DNA from: an uncultured beta proteobacterium | Lineage (GTDB): Bacteria; Pseudomonadota; Gammaproteobacteria; Burkholderiales; Usitatibacteraceae | Assembly: GCA_963792865.1 (NCBI GenBank) | Contig: CAWBYB010000004.1 | Span: forward strand, 3,826 to 67,825 | Reading direction: 5' to 3' | DNA: 64,000 nt | Part shown: positions 1-10,507 of the stretch, in pieces | Position numbering within the stretch: position 1 is the stretch's first letter | Layout: every line of letters starts with the position of its first letter | The notes under the pieces: model-generated | Databases searched by the model: none | What the model was told of the DNA's origin: nothing | Seen by the model: only the letters and a program-made list of their open reading frames with translations | Position numbers and translations under genes: made by a program

Positions 1-44
1 CGCTGCATTGCGCCGCGCCCCCAACTGTGATTACGCTCCCATCC

Positions 45-1208
45 ATGATCGACGTCGCCACGCTCCTGGTCTTTCTCGCCGTCAGCGACCTGGTACTGGC
101 CGTGGTGGTGGCGACGGGAAGCGGCCATCGCCCCAAGGACGGCGCCGCCCACTGGAGCGCCTCGCTCGCGGTGCGGGCGCTCGCTTTCGCCCTGTTCGCC
201 CCGAAGGCCGGTCCCCACGAAGGCGTGCTCGCCATCGCCTCCGGGCTGCTCGCCCTGTCCCTCACCCTGCAGGCCGGCGCGCTGCTCGCGTTCGCGCGGC
301 GCAGCCTGCCTTCGTGGGTACACACGGCGGTGATCGCCTGCGTGGCCGTGCCGTTCGCGCTGCTCGCGGGGGACACGGGCGCGGCGATTCTCTTCGGCGG
401 CCTGGTCTTCGGCACCCTGCTCTCGGGGCTCGCGATCCTGGCCTGGCAGATCCGCCAGCCGGGCGCGGGCGCCCCGCGGCTGCTGATCGCCAGCTGCTAC
501 GCGATGGCCGCCTTCGCCTGCTACCTGCGGGGGGTGGGTTCCCTGTTCGCCGCCGATCCGTCGCTCGCGTTCGTGACGCCCTCCGGCTTCCAGGCGGCCA
601 CGTTCCTCGCCGCCACGGGCGCCGCGCTGGCGAGCACCTACGCGTTCCTGCTCCTGCACAAGGCCCGCGCGGACGCCGAGGCGACCCGGCTCGCGACGAT
701 GGATCCCCTCACCGGCACCTACAACCGGCGCACCTTCCACGAGATCGCCGAGCGCGAGCTCGCGCGCGCCCGGCGTGCCGGGCAGCCGCTGTCGATCATC
801 ATGCTCGACATCGACCATTTCCGCGCCGTGAACGAGAAGCACGGCCATCGCGTCGGCGACGCGCTGCTGCAGCGCCTCGCGGAGGTGCTGCGCTCGGCGC
901 TGCGCCAGGAGGACATGGTGGTGCGCTTCGGGGGCGAGGAGTTCGTGGTGCTGCTGCCCGAGGTGCCGGGGCCGGGCGCGGTCGTCGTGGCGGGCCGCAT
1001 CCGCAAGGCGGTGGCCGCGCAGGAGATCGAGCTGGATGCGCTGCGGCTCTCGGTCACCGTGAGCGCCGGGGTGTCCGCGCGCCTCGACGAGGGCCCGGAG
1101 AGCGTCGATACCCTCATCGCCCGCGCCGAGGAGGCGCTCGCGCTCGCCAAGCGCCGCGGGCGCAACCGGGTGGTCGCCCTGTCCCTCGGCCGTTCGATCG
1201 CGGCCTGA
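45..1208 (+). CDS. Membrane-anchored diguanylate cyclase (GGDEF)
   Basis: Multiple hydrophobic N-terminal helices, then DPLTGTYNRR, MLDIDHF, RxxD I-site (RQED) and RFGGEEF; ATG at 45 preferred over GTG at 27. Confidence 0.92.
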   Translation: MIDVATLLVFLAVSDLVLAVVVATGSGHRPKDGAAHWSASLAVRALAFALFAPKAGPHEGVLAIASGLLALSLTLQAGALLAFARRSLPSWVHTAVIACVAVPFALLAGDTGAAILFGGLVFGTLLSGLAILAWQIRQPGAGAPRLLIASCYAMAAFACYLRGVGSLFAADPSLAFVTPSGFQAATFLAATGAALASTYAFLLLHKARADAEATRLATMDPLTGTYNRRTFHEIAERELARARRAGQPLSIIMLDIDHFRAVNEKHGHRVGDALLQRLAEVLRSALRQEDMVVRFGGEEFVVLLPEVPGPGAVVVAGRIRKAVAAQEIELDALRLSVTVSAGVSARLDEGPESVDTLIARAEEALALAKRRGRNRVVALSLGRSIAA

Positions 1209-1239
1209 AGCCTTCGCGCCGCCGCGCGGCGCGCCACCG

Positions 1240-1896
1240 ATGACCAGCCTCCTCTACATCGCCGACCCGCTTTGCTCCTGGTGCTACGGCTTCGGGCCCG
1301 AGTTGAGCCGCCTGCTCGAACGCCATCCCGGGATGGGCCTGGAGCTGCTGATGGGCGGCCTGCGCCCGTACAACACCGAGCCGATGAGCGCGGCATTCAA
1401 GGACATGCTGCGCGGCCACTGGCGCCACGTGGCCGAGGCGAGCGGCCTGGCGTTCTCCGAGGCGGCGCTCGAGCGCGAAGGGTTCGTGTACGACACCGAG
1501 CCTGCCTGCCGCGCGGTCGTCGCCGCCCGCGAGGCGCAGCCCGCGCTCGCCTTCGCCTTCTTCGAAGCGGTGCAGCGCGCGTTCTATCGCGATGGGCGCG
1601 ACGCGACCGACGAGGAGGTGCTCGCCGCGATCGCCGGCGAATGCGGCTACGATCGCGACGCGCTGCTCGCCGGGATGCGCTCCGAGGCGGCGCGCAGCCT
1701 CACGCGCGGCGATTTCGCCGCCGCGCAGAAGCTCGGCGTCACCGGCTTTCCGACTCTCGCCGCGTCCGTCGACGACCAGCTCTACCTCGTCACTTCGGGC
1801 TACGTCACCGCCGAGGTTCTCGAGGATCGGCTCGTGCAGATCGAACGCCTCGTGCGCGAGCGCGCCGGGAATCCGCCCGCCGCCGGCGTTGCGTAA
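1240..1896 (+). CDS. DsbA-family thioredoxin-fold protein
   Basis: YIADPLCSWCYGF CxxC motif and GVTGFPTL cis-Pro loop. Confidence 0.88.
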   Translation: MTSLLYIADPLCSWCYGFGPELSRLLERHPGMGLELLMGGLRPYNTEPMSAAFKDMLRGHWRHVAEASGLAFSEAALEREGFVYDTEPACRAVVAAREAQPALAFAFFEAVQRAFYRDGRDATDEEVLAAIAGECGYDRDALLAGMRSEAARSLTRGDFAAAQKLGVTGFPTLAASVDDQLYLVTSGYVTAEVLEDRLVQIERLVRERAGNPPAAGVA

Positions 1897-3160
1897 GACG
1901 GCGGAGCGCGCGCGGCCGAAGCCGCCCGCGCCCATCGCGGCGCGGTGGCTGTTCGCGCTGCTGCTGGTCGCCGCGGGCGCGGCGGCGGCCCAGGCCCTGC
2001 CCTCGGCGCGCCAGCGCGCCGGCGACTTCGACGCGATGCGCAACGCCATCGAGCGCGGCTACGCGTACCTGGACGAGGCCGGCGGGGCATGGAAGCGCGC
2101 GCGCGCCGGATGGCGGGCGCGCGCGGTGCACGCGCGCACGCGCGATGAGTTCCTCGCCGCGCTCGAAGGCATGCTCGACACGCTGCACGACGATCACGTC
2201 TCGCTCTCCGAGCGCTCCGGCGGCGCATCCGCCCCGCGCCCGCCGTCGCAGGCCGATCTCTGGGCGCACTGGCGGCGCGGCGAAGCCGTGATCGACGCGG
2301 TGCGCACCTTCGGCGACGCGGACGTGGCCGGCGTCGTTCCCGGGCAAGTGCTCGCGCGCATCGACGGCGTGGACGCGGACGAGGCGGTGCGGCGCATGGT
2401 GGGCGAATCCGCGCCGGCCGCGGCGCGCGACTGGGCGCTGCGCCGCCTGCTGGCCGGACCCGCCGAAGGCGTGCTGCGCCTCGAAGTGCGCGACCCCCGG
2501 GGCCCGCATGCGCTCGCCGTGGAACACACGCGCACCGCCGCCTCGAACGGCGCGCCGATCCTCGCGCGGCGCATCGGCGAGCGGCGCGACCTGGGATACC
2601 TGCGCGTGAAGCACGCAGATGAGGACGCGCGCTTCGTCGAGCACTTCGATGAGGCGCTTGCCTACCTGAGGCGCACGCGCGCGCTCATCGTCGACCTGCG
2701 CGAGACTTCGGGCCCCGCGTCCGGGCCGGTCGTGGCCGCCCTGCTCGCGCGCTTCGCGCCGGCGGGAACGCCGTGGCAGCGGCGCGTCCCGCGCAACGCG
2801 GGCGCGACGACCGACGCCGTGCCGCAAGGACCGCTGCGGCGCGCGGGCCCGCTGGTGGTGCTCGTGGATCACTGGACCGCGGGCGAGGCCGAGGCCTTCG
2901 CCGCGGGACTGCGCGCGGCCGCGGGCGCGCGCCTCATCGGCACGCCCATGGCGGGACTGCGCGGCGAGCTGCGCGAAGTGCGCCTGCCGCACAGCCGGGT
3001 CGTGGTGCGCTTTCCGGCGGAGAAGGTGTTGCTGCCCGACGGCACGCCGCGCGAATCCCTGCAGCCCGACATCGCGGTGGACCTGGCCGCGCCCAAGGGC
3101 GGGCCCGGAGACCCCATCCTCTACCAGGCGCTCAAGTTCCTCGAGCGGCCGCGCGCCTAG
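1889..3160 (+). CDS. S41-family peptidase-like secreted protein with degenerate active site
   Basis: Signal-like N-terminus, LHDDH, PDZ-like segment, GYLRV, IVDLR, VVLVDHWTAGEAE, QPDI; TTG at 1889 overlaps the upstream stop (start uncertain). Confidence 0.75.
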   Translation: MRKTAERARPKPPAPIAARWLFALLLVAAGAAAAQALPSARQRAGDFDAMRNAIERGYAYLDEAGGAWKRARAGWRARAVHARTRDEFLAALEGMLDTLHDDHVSLSERSGGASAPRPPSQADLWAHWRRGEAVIDAVRTFGDADVAGVVPGQVLARIDGVDADEAVRRMVGESAPAAARDWALRRLLAGPAEGVLRLEVRDPRGPHALAVEHTRTAASNGAPILARRIGERRDLGYLRVKHADEDARFVEHFDEALAYLRRTRALIVDLRETSGPASGPVVAALLARFAPAGTPWQRRVPRNAGATTDAVPQGPLRRAGPLVVLVDHWTAGEAEAFAAGLRAAAGARLIGTPMAGLRGELREVRLPHSRVVVRFPAEKVLLPDGTPRESLQPDIAVDLAAPKGGPGDPILYQALKFLERPRA

Positions 3161-3564
3161 TCGCGCCGCGCCTTTTCCTGCACGCGCCGGTCGAAGCGCT
3201 CGAGGTTCACGACCACGCGCTCGTGGGTGCCCTCGCCGATCAGCTCGCGCTCGTCTTCCGCGCGCACCTTGAAATGGATGGTGCGCCCGTCCACGCGCAG
3301 CACCTCGGCGGTCGCGCGCACGCGCATTCCCACGGGCGTGGCGGCGATGTGCGAGATGTCCAAGTGCGTGCCCAGGCTCTGGTGGTCCTCGGGCAGGGAC
3401 TGCTCGACCGCGGCGAGCGCGGCGGCCTCGATGAGGTTGATCATCACCGGCGTGGCGAGCACGCGGATGCGCCCGCTGCCGATGCGCGGGGCGGTGTGCT
3501 GCTCGCCGACGACCATCTCGGCGGTGCCGGTAAGCCCTGCGGGAAGGTTGAGATCGAGCGCCAT
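3157..3564 (-). CDS. Hot-dog-fold thioesterase (fluoroacetyl-CoA thioesterase FlK-like)
   Basis: VLATPVMINLIEAA and SLGTHLDISHIAATPVG (Thr/Glu/His pattern). Confidence 0.88.
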   Translation of the reverse strand: MALDLNLPAGLTGTAEMVVGEQHTAPRIGSGRIRVLATPVMINLIEAAALAAVEQSLPEDHQSLGTHLDISHIAATPVGMRVRATAEVLRVDGRTIHFKVRAEDERELIGEGTHERVVVNLERFDRRVQEKARRD

Positions 3565-3620
3565 GGGCGCCATTATCAGCCACGCGGGACGAACCTGCGC
3601 GCGTTGCTATGATCCCCGCC

Positions 3621-5444
3621 ATGTCCGTCTCGCTCCCGACCGCCGATTTCCAGCGCAATGCCGACGGCACGCCGTACTCGCCCGAGTTCGAGGACGTCTA
3701 CCATTCCAGCCACGGCGGGCTCGCGCAGGCGCGCCACGTCTTCCTCGGCGGCAACGGGCTGCCGCGGCGCTGGGGCGGGCGCGAGTCGTTCGCCATCGTG
3801 GAGACGGGCTTCGGCATCGGGCTGAATTTCCTCGCGGCGTGGGATGCGTGGCGCGCCGATGCGAGCCGGCCGCGCCGCCTGCACTTCGTCTCGGTCGAGC
3901 ATCGGCCGTTCGCCGCGCGCGACCTTGCCGCCGCGCTCGCGCCGTTCGGCGAGCTCGCAGAGCTCGCGCGCGCCCTCCAGGCGGTCTGGCCCCCGCCGCT
4001 CGCGGGCTTCCACCGCCTGCACTTCGATGGCGGGCGCGTGATCCTCACGCTCCTGCTGGGCGATGCGCTCGAGCTGCTGCCCCAGCTCGTCGCGCGCGCC
4101 GACGCGTACTTCCTCGACGGATTCGCGCCGGCGCGCAATCCGCGCCTGTGGTCGCCGGAGATCGTGCGCGAGCTCGCGCGGCTCGCAGCGCCCGACGCGA
4201 CGCTCGCCACCTGGAGCGTCGCGGGGGGCGTGCGCGCCGCCCTGGCCGGCGCGGGGTTCCACGTGGAGAAGCGCCCCGGGTTCGCGGCCAAGCGCGAGAT
4301 GCTCGTGGGCTCGAGGCAGGACGCGGCGCGCGCGCCGGTCGGCACCGCGCAGCGCGCCGCGCTCATCGTGGGCGCGGGCCTCGCCGGCACGATCGCGGCC
4401 GAACGGCTCGCCGCGCGCGACTGGGACGTGGCGCTCATCGACGCGCGCGCCGAGCGCAGCGCACCCTCCGCGGGCCTCGTGCGCCCCATCGCCAACCTGC
4501 GCGACGCGCTCAACGCCCGCATCTCGCGCAGCGCCTTCCTGTACGCGCTGCAGCACTTCCGCGCGCTGCAGCACGACGGCTATCACCTGGTCTGGAACCG
4601 CTGCGGCGTGCTGCAGGTGGCCGGGGACGACGACGAGGCGCAGCGCTTCGCGGCGATCGCGGGCTCACAAGGTTACCCCGCGGAATTCCTCGAATACGTC
4701 GACGCCGCCCGCGCCCGCGAGATCGCCGGGCGCGCGGTGCGCGGCGCCGGCTGGTGGATCGCCTCGGGCGCCGTGGTGTCTCCCGCGAGCCTCGGGGTCG
4801 CGAGCCTCGCGCGCGCCGGTGAGCGCGTGCGTCGCATCGCGCGGGCCCACGTGCATCGCCTGGCGCGCGAGGGGGGCCTGTGGCGCGCGTTCGACGCGGA
4901 CGAACGCCTGATCGCCGAAGCACCGGTCGCCGTGCTCGCCAACGCCAACGACGCGAAGCGCCTCGCGCCCGAGGCGCGCCTGCGCCTGTCGCTGGTGCGC
5001 GGGCAGGTCACCTACCTGCCGCCCGCGCCGTCGCGCACGCTCGAGGTGGTCGTGAGCGGATCGGGCTACGTGGCACCCATCCCCGACGGCGGCCACTGCG
5101 TGGGGGCGAGCTACCAGCACGACGATCCCGATGACGCCGTGCGCGCCGTGGACCATCGCGAGAACCTCGCGCGCGCCGAGTCGATGCTGCCGGGCTTCGC
5201 CGCGGACCTGCATCCGATCGCCCTCGCCGGGTGGACGGGCTTTCGCGCCACCGTGACGGACCGCCTGCCGATCTACGGCGCCACCGGGCAGGAAGGCCTG
5301 TATGCCGCGACCGGCCTGGGCTCGCGCGGCCTGCTGTGGGCGCCGCTCGGGGCGGAGCTGCTCGCGAGCGCGCTCGAGGGCGAGCCGCTGCCGCTGCCGC
5401 GCGACTACGCCGGCGCCATCTCGCCGCGCCGGTTCCTGTCCTGA
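3621..5444 (+). CDS. mnmC: Bifunctional tRNA mnm5s2U34 methyltransferase / FAD-dependent oxidoreductase
   Basis: FEDVYHS, ETGFGIGLNFL, FLDGFAPARNPRLW, GAGLAG FAD motif, RGQVT, GLGSRG. Confidence 0.95.
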   Translation: MSVSLPTADFQRNADGTPYSPEFEDVYHSSHGGLAQARHVFLGGNGLPRRWGGRESFAIVETGFGIGLNFLAAWDAWRADASRPRRLHFVSVEHRPFAARDLAAALAPFGELAELARALQAVWPPPLAGFHRLHFDGGRVILTLLLGDALELLPQLVARADAYFLDGFAPARNPRLWSPEIVRELARLAAPDATLATWSVAGGVRAALAGAGFHVEKRPGFAAKREMLVGSRQDAARAPVGTAQRAALIVGAGLAGTIAAERLAARDWDVALIDARAERSAPSAGLVRPIANLRDALNARISRSAFLYALQHFRALQHDGYHLVWNRCGVLQVAGDDDEAQRFAAIAGSQGYPAEFLEYVDAARAREIAGRAVRGAGWWIASGAVVSPASLGVASLARAGERVRRIARAHVHRLAREGGLWRAFDADERLIAEAPVAVLANANDAKRLAPEARLRLSLVRGQVTYLPPAPSRTLEVVVSGSGYVAPIPDGGHCVGASYQHDDPDDAVRAVDHRENLARAESMLPGFAADLHPIALAGWTGFRATVTDRLPIYGATGQEGLYAATGLGSRGLLWAPLGAELLASALEGEPLPLPRDYAGAISPRRFLS

Positions 5445-5448
5445 AGGC

Positions 5449-5790
5449 TCAGCGCGCGCTTACCGCGCGCCCCGGCGCGAGATCGGCTCCCGGGCGGCGC
5501 ACCACCTCGTCGCGCTCGGCCAGTCCCGCCACCACCTCCGCGTAGGACGCGTCGCGCCCGCCCAGCGAGACCGGGGCCTCGTTCACGCGGCCGCCCTCGA
5601 CCTCCCAGGCGAACCAGCGATTGCCGCGGCGCACGAGGGCGTCCAGGGGCACGCGCAGGACGTCGGCGCGTGCGCCCACCGCCCCGCGCCCCACCCGCGC
5701 CACGTCCACCGGCACCGCGCGCGGCCAGAGCCAGCAGGCCGCGCCGGCCGCGAGGAGCGCGCTCAGGGCGAGCCAGGCACGGGCTCGCAC
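5449..5790 (-). CDS. Small protein resembling joined N- and C-terminal ends of an efflux membrane-fusion protein
   Basis: GTG preceded by GGAGG; TM segment + VPVDVARVGRG fused to VLRVPLDALVR...VSLG...AEVVAGLAERDEVV; 113 aa. Confidence 0.65.
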   Translation of the reverse strand: MRARAWLALSALLAAGAACWLWPRAVPVDVARVGRGAVGARADVLRVPLDALVRRGNRWFAWEVEGGRVNEAPVSLGGRDASYAEVVAGLAERDEVVRRPGADLAPGRAVSAR

Positions 5791-5910
5791 CGCACCTCCG
5801 TCTTCACGGGGTCCGCGACGAAGGGCTGCTCGCCCCTTGCCCACGCGATGCTGGCGGAATGAACGTGCAAGGCCTTGACCCGTCGGCGGCAACACCCCAC
5901 TGTAGCGTCG

Positions 5911-5925
5911 TTCGCGGCCCGCGAA
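5911..5925. promoter_or_regulatory. Palindromic LysR-type site TTCGC-N5-GCGAA upstream of the LysR gene
   Basis: TTCGCggcccGCGAA (T-N11-A core), just downstream of a TTGACC-17-CACTGT promoter candidate at 5875-5903. Confidence 0.55.
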
Positions 5926-5944
5926 CAAGCCAACCCCAGGCAAC

Positions 5945-6829
5945 GTGCGCCCCGACCTCTCCTCGCTCGCGCTCTTCATCCGCGTGGCGGAAGCGAAGAG
6001 CATCACGAAGGCCGCGGCCGCGAGCCATATCGCGCTCGCCGCGGCGAGCCGGCGCATCGCCCAGCTCGAGGACCAGTTCGGCGTCGAGCTGCTGCGCCGC
6101 TCCGCGCGCGGGGTCGACCTCACCGCGGCCGGCGAGGCGCTGCTCTACCACGCGCGCCAGATGATGGACCAGGTCGACCAGATGCGCGCCGAGATCTCGG
6201 ACTACACCATGGGCGCCAAGGGCATGGTGCGCATGCAGGCCAACGCCTCCGCCCTCGCCCAGTACCTGCCCGAGGACCTCGCGTCGTTCTCGGCGGCGCA
6301 CCCGGCGATCAAGGTCTCGCTCGGCGAGGAGCGCAGCTCCGCCATCGTGGCGGCGCTGCTCGCCGGCAGCGCCGACGTGGGTATCGTGATGGAGGGGGCC
6401 GAGGGCGCCGACGCGCTGCAGCGCTTCGACTACCGCGCCGATACCCTCGTGGCGGTCCTGCCGGTGAAGCACCCGGTGCGCGCCAGGAGCGTCGCCTTCG
6501 AGAAGCTGCTCGACCACGATTTCGTGGGCCTCGAGAGCAACACCGTGATCTCGCGTCTGTGCGCCCACCAGGCCGCGCTCGCCGGCAAGCCGCTGCGCCT
6601 GCGCATGCAGGTGAAGAGCTTCGCGGTCGTCGTGCGCTTCGTCCAGGCCGGCCTGGGCATCGGCGTGCTGCCGCTGGCAGCGGTCCAGGCCTTCGCCCGC
6701 TCGATGGGCCTGCGCACGGTGCGCCTGACCGATTCCTGGGCCACGCGGCGCATGTACGTCGCCGTGCGCCAGTACGATGCCCTGCCCGCCGCCGCCCGGC
6801 AGCTGGTCGACCACCTGGTGGGGACCTGA
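5945..6829 (+). CDS. LysR-family transcriptional regulator
   Basis: N-terminal HTH ([24 protein letters not shown]...[12 protein letters not shown]), 294 aa. Confidence 0.95.
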   Translation: MRPDLSSLALFIRVAEAKSITKAAAASHIALAAASRRIAQLEDQFGVELLRRSARGVDLTAAGEALLYHARQMMDQVDQMRAEISDYTMGAKGMVRMQANASALAQYLPEDLASFSAAHPAIKVSLGEERSSAIVAALLAGSADVGIVMEGAEGADALQRFDYRADTLVAVLPVKHPVRARSVAFEKLLDHDFVGLESNTVISRLCAHQAALAGKPLRLRMQVKSFAVVVRFVQAGLGIGVLPLAAVQAFARSMGLRTVRLTDSWATRRMYVAVRQYDALPAAARQLVDHLVGT

Positions 6830-6833
6830 GGCC

Positions 6834-6848
6834 TTCGCAATCCGCGAA
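6834..6848. promoter_or_regulatory. Second TTCGC-N5-GCGAA palindrome upstream of aceA
   Basis: GCCTTCGCaatccGCGAAGGC at 6831-6851; same half-sites as 5911-5925. Confidence 0.55.
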
Positions 6849-6942
6849 GGCTTGCTTGCCGACATACCAATTCTCCCGGCACCGTCCCGGATGTTCTGAT
6901 GCGGGTGAGCCCGCATCCGCGCGGCACCGACCTGGAGAATCC

Positions 6943-8265
6943 ATGAGCCGCGACCTCGAAATCGCCCGCATCAAGAAGGACTGGACCGACAATCCCCGCT
7001 GGAACGGCGTGAAGCGCGGGTACGGCGCCGAGGACGTCTACCGCCTGCGCGGCAGCGTGCAGGTCGAGCACACCCTCGCCCGCCGCGGCGCGGAGAAGCT
7101 CTGGCGCCTCATGCAGGAGCGTCCGTTCGTGAACTCCCTGGGGGCGCTCACCGGCAACCAGGCGATGCAGCAGGTGCGCGCCGGCGTGCCGGCGGTCTAT
7201 CTTTCGGGCTGGCAGGTCGCCGCCGACGCGAACGACAGCCTGGCCATGTATCCCGACCAGTCGCTCTACGCGACCACGAGCGTGCCCACGGTCGTGCGGC
7301 GCATCAACGCGGCCCTCACGCGCTGCGACCAGATAGACCACGCCGAGGGCAAGCACGACGTCGACTGGTTCGCCCCCATCGTGGCCGACGCGGAAGCGGG
7401 CTTCGGCGGAGTGCTCAACGCCTTCGAGCTCATGAAGGCCATGATCGAGGCCGGGGCCGCGGGCGTGCATTTCGAGGACCAGCTCGCGAGCGTGAAGAAG
7501 TGCGGCCACATGGGCGGCAAGGTGCTCGTGCCGACCCAGGAGGCGGTGCAGAAGCTCGTCGCCGCCCGCCTGGCCGCCGACGTGATGGGCGTTCCCACCA
7601 TCCTGCTCGCGCGCACCGACGCCGAGGCCGCCGACCTCATCACCAGCGAGGTGGACGAGAACGACCAGCCCTTCCTCACCGGCGAGCGCACCAGCGAGGG
7701 CTTCTACCGCACGCGCAAGGGCTTCGACCAGGCGCTCTCGCGCGGCATCGCCTACGCCGAGTACGCCGACCTGGTGTGGTGCGAGACCGGCAAGCCCGAC
7801 CTCGATTTCGCCCGCCGCTTCGCCGAGGGCGTGCGCGCGAAGTTCCCCGACAAGATGCTCGCCTACAACTGCTCGCCGTCGTTCAACTGGAAGAAGAACC
7901 TGGACGACGCGACGATCGCGAAGTTCCAGCGCGAGCTGGGCGCCATGGGCTACAAGTTCCAGTTCATCACCCTCGCCGGCTTCCACGCGCTGAACTACGG
8001 CATGTTCGACCTGGCCTACGGCTACGCGCGCGACAACATGACCGCCTTCGTCGAGCTGCAGCAGAAGGAGTTCGCCGCGGCCGAGCGCGGCTTCACCGCC
8101 GTCAAGCACCAGCGCGAGGTCGGCACCGGCTACTTCGACGAGGTGACGCAAGTGATCCAGGCGGGCAAGTCCTCCACGACCGCGCTCGCGGGATCGACCG
8201 AGGACGAGCAGTTCTTCGTGCAACCCACGCCGCTGCGCCCCGGGCACGCGGCCGCGGCGGATTGA
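6943..8265 (+). CDS. aceA: Isocitrate lyase
   Basis: [26 protein letters not shown] signature, YNCSPSFNW; GGAG RBS. Confidence 0.98.
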   Translation: MSRDLEIARIKKDWTDNPRWNGVKRGYGAEDVYRLRGSVQVEHTLARRGAEKLWRLMQERPFVNSLGALTGNQAMQQVRAGVPAVYLSGWQVAADANDSLAMYPDQSLYATTSVPTVVRRINAALTRCDQIDHAEGKHDVDWFAPIVADAEAGFGGVLNAFELMKAMIEAGAAGVHFEDQLASVKKCGHMGGKVLVPTQEAVQKLVAARLAADVMGVPTILLARTDAEAADLITSEVDENDQPFLTGERTSEGFYRTRKGFDQALSRGIAYAEYADLVWCETGKPDLDFARRFAEGVRAKFPDKMLAYNCSPSFNWKKNLDDATIAKFQRELGAMGYKFQFITLAGFHALNYGMFDLAYGYARDNMTAFVELQQKEFAAAERGFTAVKHQREVGTGYFDEVTQVIQAGKSSTTALAGSTEDEQFFVQPTPLRPGHAAAAD

Positions 8266-8269
8266 GGAG

Positions 8270-9901
8270 ATGGCCATGAGACGCGACGACTTCCGCATTC
8301 CCGGCATCCAGCTCCCCCCGGAGCAGCCGAACCTCTTCGACCGCATCCTCACCCCGCCCGCGATCGGCTTCGTCGCGCACCTGCACCGCAAGTACGAGGC
8401 GCGCCGGCGCGAGCTGATGGCCGCGCGCAGCGCGCGCCAGGCGCGGCTGGACGCGGGCGAGACGTTCACCTTCCCGCCCGAGACCCGGTCGATCCGCGAA
8501 GCGAGCTGGACCATCGCCCCGATACCCGCCGACCTGCAGGACCGGCGCGTCGAGATCACGGGGCCGGCCGAGCGCAAGATGGTGATCAACGCCCTCAACT
8601 CGGGCGCCTCCACCTTCATGGCGGACTTCGAGGATTCGCTCACGCCGAGCTGGGACAACGTGGTGCGCGGGCAGATCAACCTGCGCCAGGCGATCGACCG
8701 CACCATCGGCTTCAAGAGCGCCGAGGGCAAGACCTACCAGCTCAACGAGAAGACCGCGACCCTCATCGTGCGCCCGCGCGGCTGGCACCTGCTCGAGCGG
8801 CACATGCTGGTGGACGGCGAGCCGGTTTCCGCCTCGCTCTTCGATTTCGGCCTGTACTTCTTCCACAATGCGGAGAAGCTCGTGGCCAACGGCAGCGGCC
8901 CGTACTTCTACCTGCCGAAGATCGAGGGCCACCTCGAGGCGCGCCTGTGGGACCACGTGTTCAACGAGGCCGAGAGCCGCATGCACCTGCCGCGCGGCAC
9001 GATCAAGGCCACGGTGCTGATCGAGACGCTGCCCGCCGCCTTCGAGATGGACGAGATCCTGTACGAGCTGCGCGAGCACTCCGCGGGACTGAACTGCGGG
9101 CGCTGGGACTACATCTTCAGCTGCATCAAGAAGCTGCGCCGGCACGACTTCGTGTTCGCCGACCGCGCGCTGGTGACGATGGGCAGCCCCTTCCTGCGCG
9201 CCTACTGCCAGCTGCTCGTGAAGACCTGCCACCGCCGCAACGCCCACGCGATGGGCGGAATGGCCGCGCAGATCCCGATCAAGGGCGACGCCGCGGCGAA
9301 CGACGCGGCCATGGCGAAGGTCGTGGCCGACAAGGAGCGCGAGGCGAACGACGGCTTCGACGGGACCTGGGTCGCGCACCCGGGCCTGGTTGGGGTCGCC
9401 AAGGAGGTCTTCGACCGCGTGATGCCCGAGGCCAACCAGATCGGGCGCAAGCGCGAGGACGTGTGCGTGAAGGCGAGGGACCTGCTCGCGTTCGAGCCGC
9501 AGTCGCCGATCTCGGAGGCGGGCCTGCGCACCAACGTGAACGTGAGCCTGCAGTACATCGGCTCCTGGCTCGCGGGCCAGGGCTGCGTGCCGATCAACCA
9601 TCTCATGGAAGACGCGGCCACCGCCGAGATCTCGCGCTCGCAGGTCTGGCAGTGGATCCGCAGCCCGAAAGGAGTGCTCGAGGACGGCCGCAAGGTCACG
9701 CTCGAGATGTTCCGCGCGATTCTGGGGGAGGAGCTGAGAAGAGTCTCGGGCGTACCGGGGGCCTCGGGCCTCCGGTACGACGAGGCCGCTTGGCTGCTCG
9801 ACCGCCTGGTCGCGAGCGACGAGTTCGCCGACTTCCTCACCGAGCCGGCCTACGAGATGGTGGCCTCCCTGCCGATGGCGCAGGAGATGGCGGCAGCGTA
9901 A
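8270..9901 (+). CDS. aceB: Malate synthase A
   Basis: [42 protein letters not shown]. Confidence 0.97.
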   Translation: MAMRRDDFRIPGIQLPPEQPNLFDRILTPPAIGFVAHLHRKYEARRRELMAARSARQARLDAGETFTFPPETRSIREASWTIAPIPADLQDRRVEITGPAERKMVINALNSGASTFMADFEDSLTPSWDNVVRGQINLRQAIDRTIGFKSAEGKTYQLNEKTATLIVRPRGWHLLERHMLVDGEPVSASLFDFGLYFFHNAEKLVANGSGPYFYLPKIEGHLEARLWDHVFNEAESRMHLPRGTIKATVLIETLPAAFEMDEILYELREHSAGLNCGRWDYIFSCIKKLRRHDFVFADRALVTMGSPFLRAYCQLLVKTCHRRNAHAMGGMAAQIPIKGDAAANDAAMAKVVADKEREANDGFDGTWVAHPGLVGVAKEVFDRVMPEANQIGRKREDVCVKARDLLAFEPQSPISEAGLRTNVNVSLQYIGSWLAGQGCVPINHLMEDAATAEISRSQVWQWIRSPKGVLEDGRKVTLEMFRAILGEELRRVSGVPGASGLRYDEAAWLLDRLVASDEFADFLTEPAYEMVASLPMAQEMAAA

Positions 9902-9904
9902 GGC

Positions 9905-10507
9905 TCAGCGCGCTGGGGCGGGGGGCGGCTCCCGCCCCAGCGCGCGTATGGCTTCGGCGATCTGCTCCGACATGCGCGCGATGGCGCGGCTGTGCGCCGC
10001 CGCGAGCGCCGCGTAGTCGCCCCCCTGCGCGCGCTCGCGCAGCTCCGAGCGCCCGGCGTGCGTCGCCCCGTCGGCGCGGCGCACGGACCAGCTCGCTTCG
10101 AGCAGCGTGCCCTCGCCGAGCGTCGATCGGAAGCCCGACACCGCCACGCTCACCCGGTAGTCGAAGCGCCCGGCGACCGCCTGCGAGGTCGTTACCCGCG
10201 CGCCGCCGAGCTGCGCCGCGAGATCGCTCGAGACGATCTCGGCGATGCCGTCCTGCAGCGGCGAGGCCCAGCGATGCTGGTCATCGACCACCACCTCGTT
10301 CGCGTGCGAGTTGAGGACGAACTGCGGCCGGTCGACGACGTCGGGAATGGCGACCGGCGCGACCAGCACCGACACGCCGGCGCTCGCGGGTCCCGGCTCG
10401 CCCAGCGCATCGAGCACGAAGTAGCGCGGCTCGGGCGCCGTGGTACACGCGGCGGCGAGCAGCGCGGCCGCGAGCGGCCGCCAGGGCGCGAAGGATGGGA
10501 GCTTCAT
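9905..10507 (-). CDS. pqiC: PqiC-family lipoprotein
   Basis: Lipobox LAAAC, VDRPQFV, HRWASPL; downstream of pqiB. Confidence 0.85.
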   Translation of the reverse strand: MKLPSFAPWRPLAAALLAAACTTAPEPRYFVLDALGEPGPASAGVSVLVAPVAIPDVVDRPQFVLNSHANEVVVDDQHRWASPLQDGIAEIVSSDLAAQLGGARVTTSQAVAGRFDYRVSVAVSGFRSTLGEGTLLEASWSVRRADGATHAGRSELRERAQGGDYAALAAAHSRAIARMSEQIAEAIRALGREPPPAPAR

